54,421 bases of DNA from Ruditapes philippinarum (taxonomy: Eukaryota): positions 62,001 to 116,421 of the forward strand of contig NW_026851951.1 in the NCBI RefSeq assembly GCF_026571515.1, given 5' to 3'. Below are positions 23,130-37,002 of this stretch, piece after piece. A model generated the notes under the pieces. That model saw nothing but the letters and a program-made list of their open reading frames with translations. It made no database searches and was not told the DNA's origin. A program made the translations under genes and the position numbers. Positions within the stretch are counted from its first letter, which is position 1; the number at the start of each line of letters is the position of its first letter.

Positions 23130-24230
23130 GATTATATATAACATATCCATTTGTGTGTTTATAACTGTACATATTATAGAAATATTCATTTCTGTCTGTT
23201 TATAACTGTATATATTATAAAATATCCATTTCTGCCTGTTTATTACTGTACATATTATAAAATATCCATTTGTGTTTGTTTAAAACAGTACATAATACTA
23301 GATATCCATTTGTGTTTGTTTATAACAGTACAGATTACCAAATATCTATTTGTGTTTGTTTATATCAATACAGAATACAAAATGTTCGTTTGTGTTTGTT
23401 TATAACAGTATAGATTACAAAACATCCATTTGTGCTTGTTTATAAAAGTACGGATAACAAAAATATCCATTTGTTCTGGTTAATAACAGTACAGATTACA
23501 AAATATACATTTGTGTTTGTTGATAACAGTACAGATTACAAAAATCCACTTGTGTCTGTTTATTACTGTACATTTTATAAAATATCCATTTCTGTCTGTT
23601 TACTTCTGTACATATTATAAAATATCCATTTGTGTTTGTTTAAAGCAGTACAAATTACAAAATATCCATTTGTGTTTTTATTATAACAAAACAGATTACA
23701 AAATATCCATTTGTGTTTGTTGATAACAGTACAGATTACAAAATATCCAGTTGTGTCTGTTTATTATTGTACATATTATAAAATATCAATTTCAGTGTTT
23801 ATATTACTGTACATATTATAAAATATCTATTTGTGTTTGTTTAAAACAGTACAGATTACAAAATATCCATTTGTGTTTTTTTATAAAAGTACAGATAACA
23901 AAACATCATTTGTGTTTGTTTATAACAATACAGATTACAACAAAATCTATTTGTGTTTGTTTATAAAAGTACAGATAACAAAATATCCATTTGTGTTTGT
24001 TTATAAAAGTACAGATAACAAAATATCCATTTGTGTTTGTTTTTAACAGTACAGATTACAAAATATCCATTTCTGTCTGTTTATAACAGTACATATTACA
24101 ATATATCCATTTATGTTTGTTTATAACAGTACATATTACAAAATAAGTACATATTACAAAATATCCATTTATGTTTGTTCATAACAGTACAGATTACAAA
24201 ATATCTATTTGTGTATGTTTATTTCCAGAT
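23130..24230. repeat. 40-bp minisatellite, paralogous and more degenerate array
   Basis: Same unit as 852-1815 at the equivalent position in unit 2. Confidence 0.96.
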
Positions 24231-26620
24231 GTATTGTATTATTTGATTTGGGAACAATTCAGACGTGACTTGTAGTTCAAGTCAAGTTAGTTTCATAACA
24301 ATTTTATTACCCCACAGATAATATGAAAATATATGTGTAAAATGTGCAATTTGTTTGCTTGTATTTTGCTTGTTTGTTTGTCTTGCAAGATGAAAATACA
24401 TAAAAAGAAAAGTCTACTTCAGAAATTAAAGTTTAATCCAGAAATTAAAGTTTAATACATAGACATAATCAGACATATTCAACAAATATTTCTGAAAATA
24501 CATATATCATAATCATGTACATGTATGCATTATGAAATTATGAAAACCTTAAAGGCCCGTTATGACCAAGAAATGTTGGTGTTTTTTTATTTCTATTATT
24601 ATTACTTCTAAAACGCTTTCTATTTTTGGTGTGCTATTATGGTTTCCAAAAAAGTGACTCATTGTCAATTACCTGAATCATATTTCACTTCTGTTATTTT
24701 CTGACAATTAGTACAATTATAGTGATATAGAAAATGGTATGGAAGTCAAATTACTACTTTCTTTACATTGTCTACTATCATGGCTAACAAATCATATTGA
24801 GTGCCGCAGTCTTCAAGTAATCAGCATCTAATATGCTCTAAAACATTATTTAATTGATATTATAAAACTTATGGCTGCTTCTTCTGAGAAAGTCATCACC
24901 CGATCCCATGGGTCTATAAGTCACCTTAAATAATAGACTAAACATAATTTAATTCTGCAGTTCTTGAGTAAAAATATGATAGTAACATTGTAAACAAAAT
25001 GAAAATGAAAGTCAGAAGATATCAAAAAAGTTATTAATAGGAAAATCAATATAAAATTATATCAACTTGAAAGGAAAATGATATCTAAACGTAATGATAT
25101 CAAAATTATAGTTAAAGGGTATCAAAACAAAAGTCAAATGATGACAAAATACATATTGAAAATTCAAATGTTAATGTCCTCAGACATGCATGTACGACTC
25201 TCATGTAAACCACACATACCTTGTATGACATTTTGACGCGATATTTTATAGCTCAATTTTTACATTAATCACAATATTACAATGTCATTAAAACCTACCT
25301 AAAGCAATGTTGTTTGCATTAGTTGCTTTACAGACGAAAAACCAGGGTGACTGATATATAAAAAAATATATTAAGTATTGATTTCAAACAAACCTCGAAC
25401 ATGTACGTATTCTGTTGCATGTGCTATACAAATTTCTGTCTGATTATTTAGATAATCATTATCATTTATCAAAGATAAAAGGGAAAAAAGCTTAAAAATC
25501 TTCAACTTGTAAATTTTAACCGTTCCGCTTTTTACACAAAACCACCGAAAATCCTAATAATTGTCAAATGTCAATACAAATAAAACTATTGCATGGTCTA
25601 TATATTTCTACAAATTTTGATACGAAATTTTGCTCATTTTTGTGTACAGAATTTCCAATTAACTAAAATATAAAAACAAATATAGAATAATTGTTTGGCT
25701 AAATTAACTATTTACAATGCTAATTAAGATAAAGGTATGTGAATCCGATTAAATGCAAGAAAACAGTATAGAAATAATACTTTCTAATATAATTAAACAT
25801 TTCATACTTTTAGATAAAACAAAAAAGAATATCACAAAAATTGGGATAACAAAAATCAGAAATATAATTTTAAAAAATGTTGTACACACTTAAAAAAAAA
25901 TACTTTCATATGATCAATATATATATCAAAAAGTAAAGTTTTAAGGGGTTATTTATGAATCAATTATTGAAAAGTTAATTAATTTTTAAATAATTAAACA
26001 TTTTTAAAAAAACAAACCAAAAAAATTTTAAAGTTGGGAATTTAAAAAATTTTTTTCATTTTTTTAAAAAAGTTTAAAATTTTAAAAACCCCTCAATAAC
26101 ATATTTAATGAAAACCCTTTTAGTAATTAAAATTTCCAGTCCCTTTTAAATTCTGTTTAAAATAAATAATTTTCAAAAACGTTTTGGTAGCCAAAACTTT
26201 ATTTTGTAAAATTTTTAAAAAGAAACTTTTTTCAAAAAAAAAATTAAAAAATTTTTTTAATTTGTTTTATCTTAATTTAAAATTTGGTAAAATAGATGTG
26301 AAGATATACAAGAAAAAGGGAATGGAAATAAATGCACTGTATAAAGAATGCAATGTCACACTCTAAGTATGAAAGCTACACACTTTAGTTAAATTTCAAG
26401 TTGCAATAATAATGACCACAGTTGCAATCGATCTATCGGGAAAGTCTTCAAAGTGTCAGAATCTATAAAACAAATTTATGTCTCTATATAGCGTGATGCA
26501 TTCATTTCAAGCAGTTATTAGCACTTTTTTGAATGGTACTCAGTGAGACATACTTTAATGTATTTGGTTCGTTAATTTTTAATAAATGCGCGCGTTTCTA
26601 ACAATTTTAACAAATGGTAC

Positions 26621-29600
26621 TTATAATGAGTAAATTCTTCTTAGGTTTTCCAAAGCTTCCTTTTGTGTAATTTCATCCCAGGAGTCCGGTATGTCAGATA
26701 TATCATATTTATAGTGAATTGCTAACAGGTATTTATATTTGGCCACAAACCATAGCCAAAATTTTGAGCATTCTTGTATATTAGCATTTGGCTCAATATC
26801 CCAGTCTGGAATATGCTCCCTATAATTTCTATACAAGTGCCATTGTTTGCCACAACGTTTCTTTTCTTCTTTATTGCATCTGAAGCCAAACAAATCACAA
26901 TGGTGCTCTAGATCTGATTGGACATTGAAATTGCAAGATGACAGTGCAGCTTTATTTATATAGTCCTCTCTTGCACCTAAACAGGACGATACTCTGTGTT
27001 GCAAACTAAAATGATTTGTTCCTTCATGTATGAAAGCTTTCGCACATGGCTCCCCGCAAAATGGACATTGCTCTGGGCAACCCCACACTTGTTGAAATAA
27101 GGCTTTTACCATGCTCTCCGGACCATTGAACTTAATAATTCTCTCGACTTCTTCTATCATCAACAGTTTTTCTACAATTTCTTCAGAGGAAGCATTGATG
27201 TTACCAGAAAGCAATCCGCTAAAGTTGTTCATATCTTCTATCTGACCAAACCATTTTGTTACATTTGAGAACTCTGATGTTCCAATTGGACACATAGAAC
27301 AATTTTGCACGAATGATTTTGTCCATTCTTCTGATGATGGGCTCTCATGACGAAATTTCTCATAACATTTATCAATACTTGCGTGGATGTCATTATAGAA
27401 TTCATTGACGACTTGGTTAACTATTTTAGATAAATTCGTCATGTTGGAATTAAATAGAAAGGTTTTCGCTTTTTTCTTCACCCAATCTTTCACAAGCTTT
27501 CTAGGACTTTTTATGTATTCTGTAAAAGAGTCAAAATCATCAGCAACTGTCAACTCTTCAAGAACTTCAATAATCAAATGATATTTCAATTGTGGCAAAG
27601 TTTGTTTTAACGTAACTTTAACAGCATATTGAATCCTGTCTTGTATTTTGCTCAACAAAATATTTTCTACAATAACCGTGATTTGTTTAGCAGCAGTTTC
27701 CTCAGCTTTACGGTCTCTTACAAATGCTATGAACTGTTCTTTTACTTGAACTTTGTAGTTAGAAATTCTTGCAAGTATACCCCTACTTTTGTGACATTCA
27801 GTGTTATGCGCATCAAAACGTGTGACACAAAAATCAGTCACGTGAATAAACAATTTGACAAGTCCTGTTATTTTCAACGAAATGTCATTCTCTTTGTTCT
27901 GTAACAGCTGAATTTTTTTGTATATCTTGTACAATATATGTTTCACTTCTCGATATGTTAGTTCATTCATGTCTCTTAAAAATGTATCCAATAATATTTC
28001 TATCTGACGTAATGTTATATTTACTTCATCTTGCACACGTGACATTTTCATATCGTTGTCTTGTCTGAAAGAATCTGATGAAAAGCTGATATCTTCCAAC
28101 ATTATGCGGCTAAGGTCGAACGATCCCGTCAAGGTATTGATGATATAAAAGTTGTTGTTACTCTGCTGTTCAGTCTTTTCTAGTGGATTCAAACTTTTCC
28201 GTTTTACTAACTCCGCCTTCAAAATAAGTTGCTCTGTACTGAGAATATCGAAAAGGCATCGTTCAAAATTGTCTGCAAGTGACTTTGAAACATCGACTAT
28301 TTCACCAAAATCTAGAATCTCCCTGCTTATTGAGTGCCAAGTTTGTTCAAATTTATTCTCGATTTCCTCCATATTGAGACATTCGCCTTTAATACTTTTT
28401 GCTACCTGTAGAGATCGTTCGTACATTGTAGCTTCGTGTCCTGAACTGTTTTCTATGATTTTCAGTTCGACACGCGTTCTATCTTGCAATCTTATCGTTT
28501 CAGTCCTAATTCTACCCTCTAATTCTATATGTAAAGACTCAATACGTTTTTTTGCAAAATCCTCCCACTGTAGTATTATATCTTTATATTCACTGTTATC
28601 AAAGTATTCATTTACTTCGTCTACTGCAAGAGACATACTATCAGCCATATTTTTACGCATCTGTTTAACAAGTCTATCAGCAGTATCCGACAATTGTCGT
28701 TGATAAAAACATTTAGAAAAAAATTTTGAGACAAAATATTGTTCTTTTCAAATTTTTTTTCAAATTTTTATCAAAAAATTTTTTTAATGTTTTTCCATTA
28801 AATAGCTTTTTTTCAAGCTATTTTTTAAAAATAAATACAAAATCCTCGTTAAAAAAACCTTTCCATAAATTTATATGAATGCAGCATCACCGAGAGATTT
28901 GGGGAAACCCTTATTTAAAACTTTCTGTAAAAGTGCCTTTTTGTCGAAAAAGCGTCATGTAGTTCATTTACTCTCGCCCAAAGGGGGGTTGCCTTGCCAA
29001 TAATCGGTAGTTTCCACACATTTCTTCGTGTCAAATCTATGACTTGATGAAAAACTTTATTTTTGCGATACCCCTTTTTTTTCCTGCATTTTTGCGGGAC
29101 AGTCCCGAGTCTCTTCAAAGCATTTAAACCTGTCCTCAAAATTTCTCGAGCAGCTGTATCAATTACGTTTTGGTGTACCAAGAAAAATATTTTTCCGATA
29201 TCCAGTTGCTTATTTGCAAGTTTCAATTTAAGAAACGCGTGTACAACTACTTGTACAATGTCCCGAATTTCATTGGTATTTTCACCATTACATTTAGCAA
29301 TGTTATATCACCTAATCCTGCTATCACCGTTGATAACTCGTTGTCGTGGTTATGTGTCGTAGAAGTACGTTCCGTAGATCGTAGACCTTCTGAATCTATA
29401 ACTGTCACATAACTGAAAGGAAGACTGTTGTTTGGTGTAATAGGCATGATTTGCATATGTATACCTCTAGTGCATCGCCCAGATTTCACCGGAAACAAAG
29501 ATCCAAACAGGGAATTCAGTAATGTTGACTTACCAGAACTTTGAACCCCAAGAACAGACAGTGTTAAACACTTTTTTGAGTGAATATTTTCCGACACTTG

Positions 29601-31447
29601 CTCTAAAACCGCTTGAACCCATTCCACCAAAAAATGGGAAAAAAAAAATTGTCCCGTCAATTATCTCGAAGATTTGCCCTGACTCTATTAAGGATGCCAT
29701 AAATGTATAATTTTTAACTGCATGGAATTTGGTACATTGTGGATCTGCTTTCGTTACAATCACAGACTCATATATGTGTCCTAACTCTCTAAACATATGT
29801 TCTATTCCTAAGTTTGCGTTTCTATTGATTCTTGTGATTTTGGCGATCTCTTCTTTAAGTGTTTTATGTCTGTCTTTAGTAAGATTGCAGTTTGCTTTCA
29901 ATGCAACCCAAGTTTTTGTCTATGTAATTATTTTGAGTACTAAATAAAGGAATTTGTTTTTTTTCCTTTCTGTGTCGATCAACAATATGACATCCATTTT
30001 ACTAAATATTGTACCATCATTGGTTTGTCTTTGATATTGTCCAATGACTGAAGAAATAACTTCATGGGACTCGAAATACTCTTAAGCTGTTTTTCCCTTA
30101 TTTGTTTGATTTTTGCTGTGGTAGTGTGAGTTTCTTGTACGGTTTTCAATCTATGTAAACTTCTTATACTGGAACCAAGTTGTTTTGAGTAAATGAAGTG
30201 TACCGGTGTTATGTAACTTTTCAACTGAACTTTGCTTCCAATATCAGACATAGATTGAAATACTTGGGTGGCTATTACCTTGGCTTTTGCACAATCGGTT
30301 CTGGTCTCGTCACTTGCATGAGATTGACATTCATTTACACGATCATCTAGAGATTTCACTGCGGCGATTTTGAGTCGAGTAGATATCAGTTGTCGAAGCT
30401 GTTTTGAAAAATCTTTAGAATTTATTTGAGTATGTGCTTTATATGTACTTACAATTGTAAGAGTTTTTGTAGGTGTTAGCTTCTCAGTAAACTGTTTAAC
30501 AGTTGATGGTTCCGTCTGGTTAGCTATGACAATGATAACGGTTGTGAAATTGGTAATCAGTTTACAGAGTTCTTGATCTTGTTTTATAATGGACGACTCA
30601 TCCAGTAAAAGAACAAGAATATCAGATATATTGGAAACCAATGAAATGACCCCTGTAGTGAAATCTTCTTCAATCCTCCCCCTCAAATTAAAAAATGCAA
30701 TTGCATCTTCAAATTTTTTTTCTTTTAAACCACCAAAAGGTAGAATGAACATTTCTACGGTTCCGTTACTGCAACGCTTTGGTAACATACCAAGAGGGCA
30801 ATTCATATTGAAAAATGTATCTTGAATATCGTCCGAAAGTAAATCATTCATTAATTTAGACTTTGAATAATTTGGTCTACCAAAATTTGCAAAAGTTACT
30901 GTTTTTAAAGGGAGCTCTAGAATCTCAAATTCCCTTGTTTCTGTTTCAGATGTCTGTGATATATTGTAACTTTCTACAACTAAAGAACGTAAGGGCCATA
31001 TTATAAATTCCCAATCATTTAACGATTTGTCATACTCTATAAAAGGAAAAGCTATTTTACACAAATACAATTTTTGGAACAATACTTGTTTAAGCATGGG
31101 GTCGCAGCATTGTAGTGTTATTAGAAATATATCTAAAGGAGAAATTCCATCACTTTCGTCGCTTGTGTCGTCCATAGAGAAATTTTCAAAGAATTGGACA
31201 ATAATTTCATGCACCTGTTCTGCTCTTTCTGTATGATCATTGACTACGCCAGAATGATCTCTTGCTTCACTCTGAACTCCTAAAATACGACGCAGTAGAA
31301 TCCACGGCAATTCTTCCTTTGTATAATTATGTTTAACATCAGCTTCAACATCTATCGTCATAACTTCCGTAATTGTAATTTTTTCTGGGAATTTGTCGGT
31401 CAAACCAGTAAGTTGTAAAATCTTAGCACTGTTGACTTTTGCTATGC
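26621..31447 (-). CDS. GVIN1: GVIN copy 2 terminal exon (VLIG GTPase body), with many small indels in the middle
   Basis: Acceptor ttttatag|GC at 31447. The N-terminal 474 aa and C-terminal 690 aa are open and closely similar to copy 1. P-loop GVQSSGKS is retained. Confidence 0.82.
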
Positions 31448-34400
31448 CTATAAAATAAAAAATATTGTATGAAAGATCTCCATCTATTTAGTAGAATACT
31501 GTTTAACTAGTTTTTCGAAATATCATCAGTAACCATGCAAAAAAGGAATGTTAATGAAAAAGAGACAATGCAATACAATACTAAATGATTGGAAATTGAT
31601 AATGTGGTTGTTACGTTCTTAAGTGGTAGAGAATTATATAAACCTTAAACATAATTATCGTCTTTCGCTTGCTGATTTAAGCATGAATCGTATTTGCAAA
31701 AAAAATCTCCCTGAAATTATCATGACTGGTGTATCAGGAAAAAATCATTGTATGTACTGACACATTCGAATTGGGGTACGCGCTTTATGTAGCCACTACA
31801 CCCATTTACTCGTTGTTTAACTTATGAAATAACGTTTCATAACTATACCTTTTATTTCATTGTCAGTAGGAAACCTTTTTTCAACAATTTCCGACTGTTC
31901 GCACGGCTCCGGCACCTCAACTGAATAACATAAACCACAAAAATCGAATTTTTCGAAGTAACATATTTAAGAGAGCAAATGATTATACAAGTAATAGCCA
32001 ATGATTGACGAAAATAACCAGCACATCGTCGATTATGCTCTAGACGATTTGTATAAACAAACCTAAGCAATATGGCTAAATCAGTACGATATCCGACTTA
32101 ATTGCATTCATAATATGGTAAAGTGCTTAAGAAAAGAAAAGAAAATCAGGTCTGCAAATTCATACCAAATAATCTACACTCTCCTGCAATGGTAATGTCA
32201 TAATAAAACAAGGTTAAAAACTGCATCTTCAGGTTGAGATTTTTTCTCAGGTCCTTGAGTAAACACGCGATTCATACTAATCTACTTTAATTAAAAAATA
32301 AAAAGTATTTTGGTCTCAGTGTAACTCACCAAGTATATCATCCATGTCTACCTTCCTTCCCGTTCGTGTGTAGATAGTTTCGGTGATTGATTCTTTGGCT
32401 ATCATTAAAAAGGTTAACTATATCATCTTTATTTATACAGAAGTAGACACACCAACCTTTATTCATATCATTGTTAAATCATATTGCATAAAATAAAGAA
32501 GATTTATGGCACTTGTATATTAATATATAGAGAAGGTTAAACAGGTGAATAACTTCCTTTTGTTAAATGTTTTAATAAAATGGTTTCAATGATACAGGTG
32601 TAGTGCTTTTTTATCTTGTATGTCCTTATATTGTGAAACGTCATGATACATGACATTTGCACAACCCAAAACATAATCATCCACATTAGATTAAAAGCGA
32701 TATAGATTATATTATGTCTTTTTATGAATATTAATTATGTTAAGAACATGTTTACGTGCAAAAAGATCACTGATTTGAGAAAAGTGTTCTTGGAAAAATC
32801 GTTTGTACGAGAGGTGTTCCAAAAATAATACCATTTGCCTTGTTTTCCTACACTTAAAGTAATTTCATCATTTTAAATGTCTCTGGCCCTCAAAATACTA
32901 CCCATCTACCTGAACACACCATTTGAGTACCTTAATCTAAATTTGAAAGCAGATTTCATACTCTTTAATTGGGACACTCATTAGGTACTGATAAACAGCA
33001 AACCCAATGGCATTTCTCGACTTGTATCTCTTTCCAGACAATTGGAATTTGAGTTTTGGAAACAAGAAATTGTGACAAGGGGCCAAGTCTGGTGAATATA
33101 GCTGATGCGGAAAGACAGTAATTTTTTTTTGATGCCAGCCACAAGCCTAGCCTTATGAGCGGGGGCATTATCGTGCTAAAGCCGGAGGTGCTCGATTCCT
33201 GTGCTTGGGCGGCGAAGTTTTTAGCAGGTCTTCAGTTTTCAGAACAATATTTTTGTAGAGCTTTGCTGTTACCGTTTTGCCTTTTGGTACCCGATTTCGC
33301 ATTACCGGTCCCTTATTATCAAAGAAATCACATACAAAACTTTCTTAACAGTGCTTTGGTGCTTGGCAATACTTGGACGTTTTGCATTTTAGTGGCCAAA
33401 TTCTATCTGAACATTTCCAATTTGGTTCAAAATAGTAAAATAGATAAAAACAGAATCCCTAAAGAAAGCCCAACACGGCAAAATTGAAAATGTTGCAGGC
33501 TCGGTTTGATTGAGCCTGTTCATGGACGGTACTGGAAAGTGCAAGTTACCGTCCACACCCCCTAGCACCGGCTTAAGCAGAATTTAAACCCATGCCTAAT
33601 CACCAGTAACGAAGTTGTGGAAAGCCTTTTTGTTATATTTGGGATAAATTTTGAGAAGCGTTTTTGCATTTGCAACACGGGTTCCCTTTTGTTCGTCTGT
33701 TAGCAAATGGGGTCTACATCTTGCATTTATTTTCCGAAGTTGAAGATTTTTTTTAAATACCATGGACTCGTGCTTAAGACAAGTTCGTCAACCGTGCTAA
33801 ATTTCTCACAGTGTATCGGGCATCTTTGTTTAGCATATTCCTGATTTTTTCTATGTTGATTTTCGTCGTTATTGTTGCAGGACGACCTAGGCGAGTAGCA
33901 TCTTTGACTTGCTACTGATCGGTTTTAAATTAAGCAACCCACCTACAAATAGATCTGTGAGACATTTCACCTACCTTATAAATGTCGCACACCTCAGGGT
34001 GAATATCTACAGGCTTTATGCCAAGTAAAGTCCGACCTTTTATATAAGCCCTAATTTCAAGCACATCTTTAGCTCTTCTACCAGCCATTTCATGTACAGT
34101 ATAGTGAAATGAATACGCTATAAAGCAATTTATCAAGGTCAGTGAAATTGTGAACGAGATTTTCACCTGTGTAATGCTTCTGTGATTATTCTATCGGTCC
34201 AAAGTGGTTTATAATACATAGCACACGATATTGACGAGATAATGCACAAATAACATTATTTTTGGAACACCCCTCTACTGTTGGGGACTTTATGTGTTTT
34301 AGTTAAGTGATAACTATAACGTAATAATTTAAGTTTATTTTAAATGTTATTTTAAAACATTACGCTTGCTAGTAAAATTTTCCAGAGTTCGTTTAAAAAG

Positions 34401-37002
34401 TATATCTTTTTTGACAGCAATTCATGGCCAAGTTTTGCATATACATATATATAGATCTATGCTGCACAATTTTAGAAGGAAGTATACCTGATGTAATTTC
34501 CATTGAAAGAGTAGACGAATCGGTATTATTGTCATGTTCCGGTGGGTTGTCTCTCCTATTTGGTACCACTATCAACGTGTTTTGCTTTAATGTATGTGTG
34601 CTTTTATTTACCACTCGTTGAGCAACTGAAAAACATAAAAAGAATTTTTAAAAAGAATTAAAAAAAAATATCATTTGTAACAATATAATTTTGCAGGTGT
34701 GTTAATTTGAAATAGTATGTGTAACCTTTAAACAGTCCATAAAAATTGGTAATGTTACTAACAGTTATAACGCCTTGCTTGGCTTAGCTATGTAAGATAA
34801 AAAAAACAATCTAGTTCATGTACGCCAGCAACATTGCAAGATTAATACGCGGAAAGAAAGTCGTTTTAATATTATCGAGTATATTGCAGCAACTTAGAAC
34901 ATTACTGTCTAGTCAGTGTTTACCTTTGATCGATTCAAATGTAACAAGGGCTTTTCCATCGTCATCTATTGTTATATTAGCTATAGTGTCACCGCCTGAA
35001 CTTTCCTCATCTTCAAAGTATAATTCGAGAAGTTCTGCCATTTGCGAATCACCCGTCTGGAAGCCAGTAACCTCAATTGTCGGAGAAGAGCATAAAGAAA
35101 AGCTGAAACTCGGTTCTGATTCAGAGCTATCTATTTCTAGGACAGTTCCTGCTATTTCAATGGGCCTTCTTTGTAACACTGATTGAACAGCTGGAAGATC
35201 GAATTCAGCATTATTTGTACAAGATTTTTTTACGAAGGGATTTTTAAAAACGATATTAAAAAATGAATTCATTGAAAAGAACATACTTGAATGTTACTGT
35301 AAATAATTCTACCGTCGCATCTGAGCAGTTCAAGACAAGTTCTCTTGATTGTTTAAATGTAGTGCAAATAAACATAACCGTTCTACTTTCGCTATATGGT
35401 TGAAATATTTTGAAATGTTATCTAACAATTTGAGGTTAGAAATATACAGACAACCCGGTCAATAAAAATGTTATCCCCATGGATGATTTATTGATACTCA
35501 TGTATATAACAAGATCAAAGTAGCTGATCGTAAAAATTTCAACTGATAAAGATAACATGCATTGTAGCCGTTTTTGTCCTACTTTCTATTTATATTGCTC
35601 CAATAAAAAATCTCAACTGATAAACATATTATGCTTTGTAACCGTTTTTGTCTATAATTTATATCTTTATTGTAACCAATAAAATCTTTACGTATACGTT
35701 GTTAAATTTTAAAATTCATGTAACCTTCTTTTTTACCGTGTTCTACCTGCCAAATTTATTTACTGGTACAATGATCAAAGTCAAAGTTCTAGCTCAATGG
35801 GTAAGCTAGTTATCTATTCAAAATGCATGGACATAGGAACTTCAAACTTTATTTGCACGAGTACTTTAATGACTACTTCCAACAATAACCCTTTTCCGGT
35901 CAAAAGGTCAAGTTCACTAAGATGTGTACGTATTAATGACATATAACTGACCATGGCGCATTACAAGAGAACTTTCACAAGCACCTTGATGAGTCCTACC
36001 CGCCATACCGATTTCATTTAATGAATGTATAACATTTTATTCAATTTATAAGTTTTCCATCCAGGACTGAGGGCTCTGCTCCTCGGACAGCTCATTAATT
36101 TTAATTTAGTTCCCAATTGGTTAATCCTAAATATGGTTGCATTACTAAGTGCGTATCTACGTTATATTCGTGGTTGTTTGCGTTTCTTTTGTTTGTTGTA
36201 CAATGTGAAAGGTGTTATGCTGTTAAGATGAAATGTAAATGCGACATGCTCAAAACATGCACCGTTCAGACTTTCTGCTATTTTGTTTCTATGTAATCAG
36301 ATTGTGCGCATATCTTGGGAGGGCAACGAGGCCGTTTAGCTGGTTAATATTCACCGCTGTTAGCACATGGGATTTCAAAAAGTTATTTCAGTTCATCAAA
36401 AATATATCTTAATGTATTTCCTCAATCAAGATTTATGGCTTATAATTTCATTTAAACATACATTGTATGCATACATACTATCAACATTTTCAAACTGTAT
36501 AACAGCCGAATGATTTTCTTCGTCAAACTGAATGTTGCTGATTTTTCCTCCACCACATTTCCTTGAACTTTTGAAAAACAGAGTAAGGTATTGTTTATCT
36601 ATTCCAGCAGGAATTCCTGCAACCTTTATCGTTCTCCTTGCTTGTTCATCGTCTGAAATACAAATTTATTATTAAATTTAAGCATATCATGCCTCAGAAA
36701 TTAATAAATCTAAGCATATCATGCCTCAGAAATTATTAAATCTAAGCTTATCATGCCTCAGAAATTAATAAATCTAAGCTTATCATGCCTCAGAAATTTC
36801 AAAATTCCTTACCGTTCTCCTTCGGCCCAGGGTTAGGTTCTATGCCGGAAAGCAACAAAAGTAGTCCTATGAAAAGTACAGTACCGATAACTTTAATTCC
36901 GCCACTTAAATTCACAAGACAAACGATTGTTACAACATCGACTCCCGATGAAAATCTGAAAGTTCCTATTCTACCACGGTACGTTTCGATATCGATACCC
37001 AT
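26621..37002 (-). CDS. GVIN1: GVIN/VLIG copy 2. join(37002-36813, 36652-36479, 35190-34924, 34625-34488, 32398-32330, 31447-26621); frameshifted at ~28700-29990 (probable assembly error, alternatively a pseudogene)
   Basis: Exon-for-exon paralog of copy 1 with intact splice sites. ORFs 29979-31403, 29530-29901, 29247-29660, 28915-29226 and 26621-28693 are collinear pieces of the terminal exon. Confidence 0.8.
32808..34275 (-). mobile_element. Decayed mariner (Tc1/mariner) transposon in intron 4 of GVIN copy 2
   Basis: TA|CGAGAGGTGTTCCAAAAATAAT ... ATTATTTTTGGAACACCCCTC|TA. Transposase remnants include the HTH start IRAYIKGR...ICRWV, VTGD*AWV/YYFEP, HDNAPAH and YSPDLAP. The empty site is present in copy 1 at ~10335. 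Confidence 0.92.
33437..33586 (+). mobile_element. ~150-bp double-hairpin element nested in the mariner transposase
   Basis: Nearly identical to 16519-16663; it splits the transposase WV|YYFEP codons. Confidence 0.85.
34924..35190 (-). CDS. GVIN copy 2 coding exon 3 (RRM-like)
   Basis: 267 nt with the same splice positions as 10969-11235. Confidence 0.85.
36479..36652 (-). CDS. GVIN copy 2 coding exon 2 (RRM1)
   Basis: 174 nt; protein identical to copy 1 exon 2. Confidence 0.85.
36671..36800. repeat. 32-bp tandem repeat, ~4 units, in the equivalent intron of copy 2
   Basis: tcatgcct recurs at 36687, 36719, 36751 and 36783. Confidence 0.95.
36813..37002 (-). CDS. GVIN copy 2 coding exon 1 (2A-like leader)
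   Basis: 190 nt, MGIDIETYRGRIGTF...LLLLLSGIEPNPGPKEN, donor G|gtaagg. Confidence 0.82.

Noticed and set aside
23151-24046. Several 60-85 aa ORFs
   Set aside because: Translations of the 40-bp minisatellite.
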